Origin: a virus
Lineage: Duplodnaviria; Caudoviricetes
IMG/VR virus record: IMGVR_UViG_3300025390_000030
Location: 1 to 30,176 of that record
Reading direction: 5' to 3' (one strand)
DNA: 30,176 nucleotides
Part shown: positions 1 through 8,301 of the stretch, piece after piece
Position numbering within the stretch: position 1 is the stretch's first letter
Layout of the letters: every line of letters begins with the position of its first letter
Position numbers and translations under genes: made by a program
Notes under the pieces: model-generated
The model's database searches: none
Seen by the model: only the letters and a program-made list of their open reading frames with translations
Told to the model about the DNA's origin: nothing

Positions 1-2
1 AC

Positions 3-329
3 AACAACGCCATACAGCTGCCATGCACGCTCACAGACAATTACAACGTACCAAACGTTGGTGACATGTGGATAAGCATGATGTGGTACAACGCTGACGG
101 TGCTGAAGGCTACTATCAATCCGTAGTAGAGCTCAACGACAACACGGTGATCAGCTTCAACAGTGGCCACATAGGCGTTGGAGGTGACGGCGGCGAAGGC
201 TATGCTTACCAACAGACAGACGGAACCTGGGAAGTAAACATGCCTTGGTTGTTAGGTACTGTGTATGATACCAATCTGGCACAAGGTTGGGCCAGCATCT
301 GGACCAACAGTTACTTCTGGGATCTCTGA
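3..329 (+). CDS. 3' part of an MGRP-family virion protein paralogue (5' end outside the window)
   Basis: Frame is open from position 3. PCTL..GDMWISMMWY and ELNDNTVISF..PW..GWASIWT align by eye with the N- and C-terminal blocks of the next two ORFs. Confidence 0.6.
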   Translation, partial: NNAIQLPCTLTDNYNVPNVGDMWISMMWYNADGAEGYYQSVVELNDNTVISFNSGHIGVGGDGGEGYAYQQTDGTWEVNMPWLLGTVYDTNLAQGWASIWTNSYFWDL

Positions 330-335
330 TAAATA
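330..335 (+). promoter_or_regulatory. T4-like late promoter core (TAAATA)
   Basis: ATAAATA upstream of the AGGAGA RBS and ATG 395. The same motif recurs before many structural genes. Confidence 0.65.
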
Positions 336-394
336 TCACGAAACAATTATGGGGCAACAGTACCCCGTAGGCTTAGAACGCCAAGGAGAATACA

Positions 395-1507
395 ATGGGA
401 CGTCCCCTCAAGAAGAAATATTTTGGTAATGTCACTGCCAGCGGACAGGCAATCATAGGCAACGCATGGATACAGGGCGACACAGTCGCTCGTCCAAGCT
501 GGATAGTCAAGCAGCTGACCAGCAGCAGCTATCAGTGGCTCAGTGTCAACGGACAGGGTCCAGCAACGCCAGGCCAGTGCTATCTAGTCAACGGACCAAT
601 CACGGGTCCAGGACAGGCCAACATCGCAGTTTACCCATATGGCGGCGAAGGCGGCGGCGCAGTTGCTGCCAATGCTAACCTAGGTGTGTACGCTGGCACT
701 GTCATAGTGGCCAACACGGGTTCTGTCACACAGGATTACGGCGTGGGCAACGTGCTCAGCTTGACAGGCGGCACATACACTGGCAACCAACAGGCCAACG
801 TCACTGTAACCAGCGTCAAGGTCGCAGCTGACAACATATCCACAGCGGGCACACGTTACAGCGTGGGCGATACACTGACCTTCAGTGGCGCAGGCTACAG
901 CACTCCTGTGGTTTTGACAGTTAGCTCAGCCAACGGCACAGGTGGTATCACAGGCGTGAACATCACCAACCGCGGAGTTTACACCAGTGCTGCTTTGCCC
1001 GCTGATCCAGTGGCATCAACTTCCAACGTGGCAGCCAACGTGGATGCCAACGGTGCCACGTTCAATTTTGTCTGGGGCATCAACGCATTCAGCGTGGCAA
1101 ACATAGGCGACTACACCACACTGCCTGCCAATCCGGTCAGCCTCAGCGGTGGTGGTGGTACAGGAGCAACCATCAACGTGACTTACCAAGTCAGCAGCGT
1201 ACAGGTCACCAACGGTGGCAGCGGATTTGATCCAGGCAACGAAGCCAGCGTGACATTTGGCACAGGCAACGCCACAGCAGTGGGTGTGGTCAACGCAGCC
1301 GGTTCTGTGACCAGCGTGACTGTGATCAGCGGCGGCAGCGGCTATGTGGCACGCCCCACAGTGTCTCTGAATCCAATCAGCACACCCACACTGGCTGCGG
1401 AGATATATGACAACACTGTCAAGAACTTCTCAGGTCAGACGTGGAGCTGGTTGCCAAATGGTTATCAGTTGCCTAGTCCAACCTGGGCACACATCAACAC
1501 CCAATAA
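395..1507 (+). CDS. virion fibre/decoration protein with Gly/Thr/Val-rich beta repeats (GGSGY type)
   Basis: 370 aa, MGRPLKKKYFG start, repeated VTNGGSGF/VISGGSGY motifs, RBS and late promoter. Confidence 0.7.
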   Translation: MGRPLKKKYFGNVTASGQAIIGNAWIQGDTVARPSWIVKQLTSSSYQWLSVNGQGPATPGQCYLVNGPITGPGQANIAVYPYGGEGGGAVAANANLGVYAGTVIVANTGSVTQDYGVGNVLSLTGGTYTGNQQANVTVTSVKVAADNISTAGTRYSVGDTLTFSGAGYSTPVVLTVSSANGTGGITGVNITNRGVYTSAALPADPVASTSNVAANVDANGATFNFVWGINAFSVANIGDYTTLPANPVSLSGGGGTGATINVTYQVSSVQVTNGGSGFDPGNEASVTFGTGNATAVGVVNAAGSVTSVTVISGGSGYVARPTVSLNPISTPTLAAEIYDNTVKNFSGQTWSWLPNGYQLPSPTWAHINTQ

Positions 1508-1539
1508 CCCTTGCCTGCTGTTGTAGCTGGCAGACTCGG

Positions 1540-1581
1540 ACGATACCCCTGGAGAACCATAGTAATCCAGGGGTATCGTTT
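1540..1581 (+). terminator. intrinsic terminator-like hairpin
   Basis: Perfect 14-bp stem ACGATACCCCTGGA/TCCAGGGGTATCGT with a short T run, downstream of the stop at 1507. Confidence 0.65.
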
Positions 1582-1630
1582 GACTGAACCACCGCGTAGC
1601 AAACTGTCACACGGGTTTTCGCGCGAACAC

Positions 1631-1636
1631 TAAATA
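1631..1636 (+). promoter_or_regulatory. late promoter core TAAATA
   Basis: Precedes the AGGAGA RBS and ATG 1659. Confidence 0.65.
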
Positions 1637-1658
1637 TCTCACGCACAGGAGATGTCAC

Positions 1659-3425
1659 ATGGGTCGCCCCGTAAAGAAGTCATACATGGGTCCGTATACC
1701 CTACCAAACGTAGTGCCTCAGAGCCAGGGATCGCTGATACAGGGCACAGCATGGTTCCCAGATCTCAACGGCACAGCACTGGCATTCCTTGACAAGCAAG
1801 TTGGACCAACCAGCTATCTGTTCCGCAACGCAGCTGACTACACCATGCTGAGTGGTCCTTGTGAACTGGTACCAGGTGATGTAACTGGACCAGGACAGGC
1901 CAGCGTGTTAGTGTACCCTTACCTTTACACCGATGCCTACGGCGCAGAAGCTCATGTGGCCAACATCAGCATCGCCTCAGTGACCGTGGACAATCCAGGC
2001 ACCAGCGGATTCCTTGCTGGGAACTTCCTGGCCATCAACACGGGTGTGTATGCTGGGGGCGAAGGCATCGTGGAAGTGCTGAGATTCACAGGCACAAACT
2101 TTGCTGTGAGCGGTGGCAGCAGCTTTACCACCAGCAGCACCATAAGTTTCAATCTGGGCACAGGTGGCACCAATCCTCTACAGGCACAGGTAGACGTGAC
2201 CACGGTTGATCTCAGCGGCGCTATCACTGGATTCAATGTCATAGTCACAGGCAGCAGCACTGGCACAGCCAGCACATCAGGCGGCAGCTTTGATGCTACC
2301 ACAGGCGGCGGCACGGGCGCAGTGATCACATTTGATACCATCCTTGACAAGGCTCACCAAAACACCTATGGCAATCCGTTGGCCATTGCCAATGTGGGTT
2401 CATACACAAAGCCAACTTCATATAATGCTGATATTTACTATCTCACAGGAGGTGGCGTTGGTGCCACCATCAACGTCAGTGCTTGGTTCAGCAACAGCAT
2501 CGTAGTAACATCGGGTGGCACAGGTTACAGCCAAATAGACCCGCCACCAGTGCTGATATATGACCCATTCATGAGCGGTGTACAAACAGCTGTGGCCACT
2601 GTGAACGGTGGTGCCGTGACAGACATAGAATTCACAGGCACTCGTCGCACGTTCCCACAGAGTGAACACGGCGCACATGACAGTGGTCGCATGTTCCCTG
2701 CTGTGGCCATCGATCCACTGGCAGTGCCCACGGCAATTATCTCAAGCTACGGACCTGCCAGCTGGGATAATTACCCTGATATCGTGAACGGTGGCAGTGC
2801 CTACACCCAGGGTGACACGCTTACGCTGGTGGGCGGCGCCTACATTGGTGAACCTGCCACTATCTATATCAACTCGGTTGACGGAACTGGAGCCATAGGT
2901 ACTTTCTACTGGAACTATACCACAGCTGAATACACAGCATTCCCTGCCAATCCAGTGAGCTTCACGGGCAGCACAGGCACAGGATTCCAGATCAACATCA
3001 ACAACAAGCAATTGGCACCATACAACATCACAGTGACCAATCCAGGTGGTGCTCCGGGCTACAATGCCTGGGGACCGGAGGGTCCTCCAGTTTTCGTCAC
3101 ACCAAGCGGGCCAAACACTGGTCCAGAAGGTGCCATATTCTATCCAGTGGGCAGTCCAACCATAGGCATCACAGGCGTGAGCACAGGTGGACCAGAAGGC
3201 CAAGTGGGTGTGTATTATGCCAACACTGCGGTACAGATAGGATTCGTTCCGTTACAGCATGAGCATGTGCCGCTACCACAGGCACAGAAGATCATGGACC
3301 GTACGGTTCTAACCTGGGACAACCAGATCTATTCATGGTACTTGATATCAAACAACAACATCCTGCCAGACCCAACTTGGGCCTATCTCCAAACTGGTGG
3401 TCAGCAGATACAAAATGGCGGTTAG
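1659..3425 (+). CDS. virion fibre/decoration protein, paralogue of 395..1507 with a longer central insert
   Basis: 588 aa, MGRPVKKSYMG start. Shares TGPGQA..VYPY and the C-terminal W..LP.PTWA with the upstream gene. Confidence 0.7.
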   Translation: MGRPVKKSYMGPYTLPNVVPQSQGSLIQGTAWFPDLNGTALAFLDKQVGPTSYLFRNAADYTMLSGPCELVPGDVTGPGQASVLVYPYLYTDAYGAEAHVANISIASVTVDNPGTSGFLAGNFLAINTGVYAGGEGIVEVLRFTGTNFAVSGGSSFTTSSTISFNLGTGGTNPLQAQVDVTTVDLSGAITGFNVIVTGSSTGTASTSGGSFDATTGGGTGAVITFDTILDKAHQNTYGNPLAIANVGSYTKPTSYNADIYYLTGGGVGATINVSAWFSNSIVVTSGGTGYSQIDPPPVLIYDPFMSGVQTAVATVNGGAVTDIEFTGTRRTFPQSEHGAHDSGRMFPAVAIDPLAVPTAIISSYGPASWDNYPDIVNGGSAYTQGDTLTLVGGAYIGEPATIYINSVDGTGAIGTFYWNYTTAEYTAFPANPVSFTGSTGTGFQININNKQLAPYNITVTNPGGAPGYNAWGPEGPPVFVTPSGPNTGPEGAIFYPVGSPTIGITGVSTGGPEGQVGVYYANTAVQIGFVPLQHEHVPLPQAQKIMDRTVLTWDNQIYSWYLISNNNILPDPTWAYLQTGGQQIQNGG

Positions 3426-3457
3426 TAGCCTAGCATACGCAATAGCCTATAGATGAC

Positions 3458-3483
3458 AACGCCGGCGCAAAGCCGGCGTTTTT
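3458..3483 (+). terminator. intrinsic terminator between convergent genes
   Basis: AACGCCGGC-GCAAA-GCCGGCGTT followed by further T residues. Confidence 0.8.
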
Positions 3484-3508
3484 GTATCTACTGTAGCGTA
3501 ATGGTATC

Positions 3509-3757
3509 TTAAGCCAGCTTTTCTTGCAGTGCCTTGAGACCGCAGACAACGCTAGCGTCGTCTAGCACTGTGACAGGACCACGCTGCCAGTTTGGTGCGA
3601 TTGTTTTGAGATCTTCACTAGTGATCTCTGTAGCAGGATCAACTGTGCCCCAGTTTTTAACTGACTTTTCAGTGAACTCAATCTTCTTTTCTGTGAGCAG
3701 CGCCTTGGCACGTTCGCTGTAGGTGTCGTTCTTGAATGTGTAGATGGTAGTAGCCAT
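3509..3757 (-). CDS. glutaredoxin-like protein lacking CxxC
   Basis: IYTFKNDTYSERAKALL matches the Grx pattern IY...CPYC.RAK.LL. AGGAGG RBS before ATG 3757 and TAAATA at 3786-3791. Confidence 0.65.
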   Translation of the reverse strand: MATTIYTFKNDTYSERAKALLTEKKIEFTEKSVKNWGTVDPATEITSEDLKTIAPNWQRGPVTVLDDASVVCGLKALQEKLA

Positions 3758-3799
3758 GATCAATCCTCCTGGATGGTTGCACACATATTTATGACAGCA

Positions 3800-4300
3800 T
3801 CATATCAGCTTGCGTATGTCCAGCGTTTCTGGGATCTTGCCAATGTCTTTGAGGAAATATGCACAATAGGGCTCTGGTCCGTCGCTCAGAGGCACTGCCA
3901 AGATCTGGCCATTTTTCAACTTGGGAAAGAACCATTTGACATCTGGCCAGATGTTGACAATTTCCAAACGCATGAAATTGGGCATGTAGCCATTGATGGG
4001 ATTGAAGCAAAACACATCAAAGTCTTTGTCATTGAGATAGATCAGGGGCATGATTTCTATTTCGCCGCTGTCTTTGTCGCCTATGATCACACTCCAATCC
4101 AAGGGCATCTGCAGATTGTATTGGCCTATGCGCAGATCCACACAGGGGCTGTTGAAACTTTCAAGAAACACCAATGGCACAAAGAAGTAATCCACATTGT
4201 TTTGGTCACTGTAGTCCAAAACACCAAAACGCACATCGTTGGCATCGTCGGGTATCTGGTTGAGATTGAAGCTGAAATTGCTGGTAGTAAGTATTTTCAT
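3800..4300 (-). CDS. conserved hypothetical phage protein downstream of uvsW
   Basis: Clean ORF with globular composition. Start at 4300 or 4309; TAAGTA variant motif at 4309-4314. Confidence 0.7.
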   Translation of the reverse strand: MKILTTSNFSFNLNQIPDDANDVRFGVLDYSDQNNVDYFFVPLVFLESFNSPCVDLRIGQYNLQMPLDWSVIIGDKDSGEIEIMPLIYLNDKDFDVFCFNPINGYMPNFMRLEIVNIWPDVKWFFPKLKNGQILAVPLSDGPEPYCAYFLKDIGKIPETLDIRKLI

Positions 4301-4344
4301 GTCAACCATACTTATTGGTTGACCAAAGGTCAAGTGTGAGATTC

Positions 4345-5805
4345 TCAGGCGTTTCTGTCAACTTTCTCTATGCTGAAATCATATCGAGCGGTGTCATAAA
4401 ATTGCTTGCGTTTGGACAAGTGCTTGGCACTGAATTTACAACTGCTGGTTATGTCCCAGATCTGTATAAAATCCTTGTCTTGTGCCTTGCGTAGACCGCG
4501 GCCTATGCTTTGGATCACACGCACAAAGCTTTTGCCTGGCTCAATCATCACCAAATTGAACAGTCTGGGCACATTGATGCCCACTGCTGCCACGCCATAG
4601 GTGGCTATCAACACCTGATCATCGCTGATGGCAATGTTGTCATACTCTTCCTTGCGGTCTTTGGTCTTGACCGCTCCACTTATAAATGCACTGTGTTTGA
4701 TAAGATCAGCCAACATCTTGCCAGTTTCAATGCGATCCACCAGTACCAGCGTGTTGCCGCTGTCCTTGATAGTACCAATCTTCTTGGCCATCCACTTGAT
4801 GCGATCGGTGTCAGTGGTAAGGAACTTGAGCTCTTCTTGATAGTTGGTATACTTCACTGTCTCGCGAGTCTGCAGCACATTCACATGACACTTGGCCAAC
4901 ACGCCTCGGTCCTGTAGCTCGTGCGCAAACAGGTCCCCAACGTTTGGTCCAATACTGGCCAACAGACTCATCTGATCCTGCTCTTCTTCAGGAATAGTGC
5001 CTGTCAGTCCCCAGCGTATGGGTATGTGGCGAAAATTGTTGGTCAGCAGCTTGGTCAGCACATCGGCCTTCACGCTGTGAGCTTCGTCAACTATGAGACA
5101 GATCAGATCTGTCATGAATATCGCATATTGGTGATCATCCAGCGCATCTTGGCTCTTTTTTTCAAGCACACTGAGACTCTGCCAGGTGCAGATGCTGTGT
5201 GTGCGATCATATTCCTTGCGATCACCATACAGCACGCCCACGTCTAGTCCAAGGTTGCGATAGTCAATCTCAGTCTGCTCAACCAAGCTCTTGTTGGGCA
5301 CGATCACTATGCTGCGGCCATAGGGTTCTATCAAACCGCTTAGTGTAGCTGTGATCAGAGTCTTGCCCGCGCCTGTAGCAACCTGTTGCACTGACTGGAG
5401 ATTTTCCACAAATGTGTTGACTACCTGTACCTGGTAGTCGCGCAGCACGATGGGCATGCCTGCTCGCTGATGTCCCATGGGCCAGGTCTTGTGTGCATGC
5501 ACCTGATCTGTCACAGTGTTGAGACTCAGCTCATATGGCAGTCTGCGATCACTGATCTCAAAATCATAACCATGCTCTTGTAGCACGGGCAGCATGCGAT
5601 CCAAGAGATTGAGATAGGTACGGCCGCCCAGCGTGGCAAAGCTCTTGGTTCCGTCCCATCTGCCGAGACGATATGCAGCACTATAACGTGCACCTGGCAT
5701 AAAGAACTTGACAGCATTCACACAGGCCTTGCGAGCCGCTAGATCCAGCCCTGTGATCTTGATGTTGCACTCGTCTTCAATCTCTATGATGGCATGTTTG
5801 ATCAT
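4345..5805 (-). CDS. uvsW: UvsW-like SF2 DNA helicase
   Basis: LRDYQ, ATGAGKT, DEAH, GLTGT and QSIGRGLR motifs; T4-like recombination context. Confidence 0.9.
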   Translation of the reverse strand: MIKHAIIEIEDECNIKITGLDLAARKACVNAVKFFMPGARYSAAYRLGRWDGTKSFATLGGRTYLNLLDRMLPVLQEHGYDFEISDRRLPYELSLNTVTDQVHAHKTWPMGHQRAGMPIVLRDYQVQVVNTFVENLQSVQQVATGAGKTLITATLSGLIEPYGRSIVIVPNKSLVEQTEIDYRNLGLDVGVLYGDRKEYDRTHSICTWQSLSVLEKKSQDALDDHQYAIFMTDLICLIVDEAHSVKADVLTKLLTNNFRHIPIRWGLTGTIPEEEQDQMSLLASIGPNVGDLFAHELQDRGVLAKCHVNVLQTRETVKYTNYQEELKFLTTDTDRIKWMAKKIGTIKDSGNTLVLVDRIETGKMLADLIKHSAFISGAVKTKDRKEEYDNIAISDDQVLIATYGVAAVGINVPRLFNLVMIEPGKSFVRVIQSIGRGLRKAQDKDFIQIWDITSSCKFSAKHLSKRKQFYDTARYDFSIEKVDRNA

Positions 5806-5810
5806 AAGCA

Positions 5811-5838
5811 ATTATACCAATGCTAGTGCAATACGCAA
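5811..5838 (-). promoter_or_regulatory. sigma70-like promoter for uvsW
   Basis: TTGCGT-N16-TATAAT with an extended TG; ATG lies 5 nt downstream. Confidence 0.5.
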
Positions 5839-5839
5839 G

Positions 5840-6186
5840 TGCCGGTTACGCTGTCGTCCATGCTCCGGCGACCGTTTGATCGTAGGTCCGTTCACCCAGT
5901 GATCCGCTGCTCAGCATGTCACTGCTTCCTCACAGTTGAGACACATGGCCTCTAACAATACACTAGGCTTCACGCTCATACCTTGACATGGTGCCGTCAG
6001 GTCCCATGGACCTAGGCATGCTGTGCTGCGCGGATATGCGCACGCTGCACCGCCACCATTACCATACCCCAGCTGACCTGCAGTGCTTGGACGATGACAT
6101 GCCACCATGTCGCACACAGTTTCGCCAGTTGCGCAGGCAAATGCTACCCACTGCTGGTACCGCCTCAGTGGCAACGCAACACATGC
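5840..6186 (-). ncRNA. candidate structured non-coding RNA
   Basis: About 350-nt gap with no convincing ORF, downstream of TAAATA (6187-6192), with several hairpins and long-range complementarities. Confidence 0.3.
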
Positions 6187-6218
6187 TATTTAATGGCAAA
6201 GGCCAGACAACACAAGAG

Positions 6219-7274
6219 TCAAGCTGCCTTGCGATGGCAGCTTTTGGCCACAACAGCTTTCCAGTTGCCAGGCATGGCCTTGCGCATGTCGCTGATCTTC
6301 AAAACCATGCGCAGGCTCAGCTCTCGCAGCTTGTGGCTGTGTTCTGTGATGTAGTCCAAAACCTCTGCCTTTTGTGCATCAGTGAAGTCATAATCACGCA
6401 GCATGTCATGGCGTTCCACAGTGTTGCGAATATGCAGCAGTTTTTCATGAGCAGTGTCAATGCCAATATCCATGTAGTGGCAACGACTCACAATGGCTTC
6501 CAAATGATTTTTCAATCGCTCGCTGCGCAGCTGATCAAACTTCACATTGGTGATAAACACAATACCACCACGATACTCAAAACTGTGCGGAATGCCTGCA
6601 CGCTCCAGGTGGATGCTGCGATGATTGTAGCTGATGCGACGTGTTTTCTTGCTGTCCAGTGCAGCCTTCAACAGATTGAGACAGTCGTCCTCATAGAGCA
6701 CGCCGTCGCAGTCATCAAACACCAGCACCTGTCCATCTTCGCGGAAACTGTAGAGTTTTTCCACCAACATACTGGCACTGCAACCACCACTGATCACTTC
6801 ATACATCTGTCCCATGCCGTTCATTCGGCCCAGCAGATCCAGTGTGCGCTGCAGAGTGCTTTCCACTGTGTAGCTCTTGCCGATACCTGCTGGTCCGCTG
6901 ACCACCAAGCCTTTGACCACATTGGCTGCCACTGCGCGGCTCATGTCTTCCAGAATGGCAAAGGTCTCAGTCAGCTCGCGCCGGATGTCGTCATCGCTGC
7001 GCACAGCAGCAGGCTGCAGGGTCATGGTTGGTGCGTGAGGACCCACGTAGCTGATCTGGCTGAGATCCTCTAGATAGATGCGATTGCGTCCAGCACGCAG
7101 GCCCGGCACACCGTGGCCGTCTGCAGTGATATAGATACCATCCTTGTCGGTTTTGGCAGGCTGAATCATGTTCACAGTGACATCATTCAACATCACACCA
7201 CTGCGGGTGCGGCCCTTGGCCACTCGCACAAAGCAGGCGCGATCTTGGAACACATGATCAAAGCTGTCTGGCAT
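6219..7274 (-). CDS. AAA+ ATPase
   Basis: Walker A GPAGIGKS, Walker B LVFDDCD, sensor FITN, and SRC arginine finger. Confidence 0.85.
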   Translation of the reverse strand: MPDSFDHVFQDRACFVRVAKGRTRSGVMLNDVTVNMIQPAKTDKDGIYITADGHGVPGLRAGRNRIYLEDLSQISYVGPHAPTMTLQPAAVRSDDDIRRELTETFAILEDMSRAVAANVVKGLVVSGPAGIGKSYTVESTLQRTLDLLGRMNGMGQMYEVISGGCSASMLVEKLYSFREDGQVLVFDDCDGVLYEDDCLNLLKAALDSKKTRRISYNHRSIHLERAGIPHSFEYRGGIVFITNVKFDQLRSERLKNHLEAIVSRCHYMDIGIDTAHEKLLHIRNTVERHDMLRDYDFTDAQKAEVLDYITEHSHKLRELSLRMVLKISDMRKAMPGNWKAVVAKSCHRKAA

Positions 7275-7304
7275 ATGCGGGACTCCCTGTGTCTGGTGTC
7301 ACGC

Positions 7305-7332
7305 ACAATAGCATGTTATATGGTACTGTCAA
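7305..7332 (-). promoter_or_regulatory. sigma70-like early promoter
   Basis: TTGACA-N16-TATTGT preceded by TGC, as in the promoters at 26027 and 27282. Confidence 0.55.
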
Positions 7333-7379
7333 GTAATTTATATGATAAAAAATCATTGAGATCATTGGCAAATAATTCA

Positions 7380-7844
7380 TTATCCACGAGTATCAAGGTG
7401 AGCATCCTCCATGCCAACTATTCGCAGCTTGATGATGTTGGATATGTTGTAGGATTTCTGCTCTAACCCCTTGATCAGAGCCAGATACTTGTTGCGCACC
7501 AGGGCCACCTCATTGACCAAAGTGGCCATGGTCACCACGTCATCCTCACCATCAATGTATTTTTCAATGCTGCGATCTGTGAGTTCGCGCTGATATCGCT
7601 CGAGATAACGACGATAGTGGTCGCTGCGCAGCTTGTCATATCTGATATTGAGATGTTTGAGTATGGCTTCCAGCTCCTGCAGCTGACCAAATCTATAGGC
7701 CACAAGTCCGCTGAGCTCTTGGGCAGCACGTTCTATGCTGCCCACGATCTTGGCTTCAACCCAACTGCTGTCCAACTGCTTTTGGTAGTAGTCAATCGCA
7801 TCAGGCAGCTGAGCCATGTCATGGACGACGCGATTGTACCACAT
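7380..7844 (-). CDS. uvsY: UvsY-like recombination mediator
   Basis: 154-aa helical protein with EKYIDGEDDV and KGLEQKSYNISNIIKLR, near uvsX and uvsW. Confidence 0.75.
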   Translation of the reverse strand: MWYNRVVHDMAQLPDAIDYYQKQLDSSWVEAKIVGSIERAAQELSGLVAYRFGQLQELEAILKHLNIRYDKLRSDHYRRYLERYQRELTDRSIEKYIDGEDDVVTMATLVNEVALVRNKYLALIKGLEQKSYNISNIIKLRIVGMEDAHLDTRG

Positions 7845-7857
7845 GTATTACACCTGT

Positions 7858-8049
7858 CTAAGTACCAAACTTTTGGTAAAATTGCCACAGCTTCCAATCA
7901 ATCTGCTGCAGATACCGCAGCATGGCAAACTGGAGCTCCAACTGCATGGCTGCCATTTCCACAGGGTCTTTGGCAGCTACCGCAGCATCCACTTTGTTTT
8001 TCAATAGGTCTATGAACACTTCTCTTGTTTGATTTGATGGCTGTGGCAT
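7858..8049 (-). CDS. hypothetical protein
   Basis: 63-aa ORF tightly packed in the operon. Confidence 0.6.
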   Translation of the reverse strand: MPQPSNQTREVFIDLLKNKVDAAVAAKDPVEMAAMQLELQFAMLRYLQQIDWKLWQFYQKFGT

Positions 8050-8052
8050 GTG

Positions 8053-8298
8053 TCAGTGATCCTCATCATAGTCGTGTTCGTCGTAGTGCTCGTCATCTGA
8101 TTCACCAGTGTAGTGCACATCAATGGCACTGTCAAGGTAGCCATCTTCGCCCCGAATGGCTTCAAAGTCGTCTCGCTCCATGCCCTTGTCTGCAAAAATA
8201 TCAACCAAACGCCCTGCCATGTCTTCGCGTTTGCTATTGGGCAGCAGGTCAATCACAGCATCCCATACTTCCAAAAGCAGGCTTGACCAAAACTCCAT
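8053..8298 (-). CDS. acidic hypothetical protein
   Basis: 81 aa, GAGG RBS, packed behind uvsX. Confidence 0.7.
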   Translation of the reverse strand: MEFWSSLLLEVWDAVIDLLPNSKREDMAGRLVDIFADKGMERDDFEAIRGEDGYLDSAIDVHYTGESDDEHYDEHDYDEDH

Positions 8299-8301
8299 AC
8301 C

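Noticed and set aside
5911-6253. Short Cys-rich minus-strand ORFs in the ATPase-uvsW gap
   Set aside because: No RBS and atypical composition. A leaderless peptide after TAAATA cannot be fully excluded.
5988-7073. 361-aa plus-strand ORF
   Set aside because: Antisense shadow of the AAA ATPase with no recognisable motifs.
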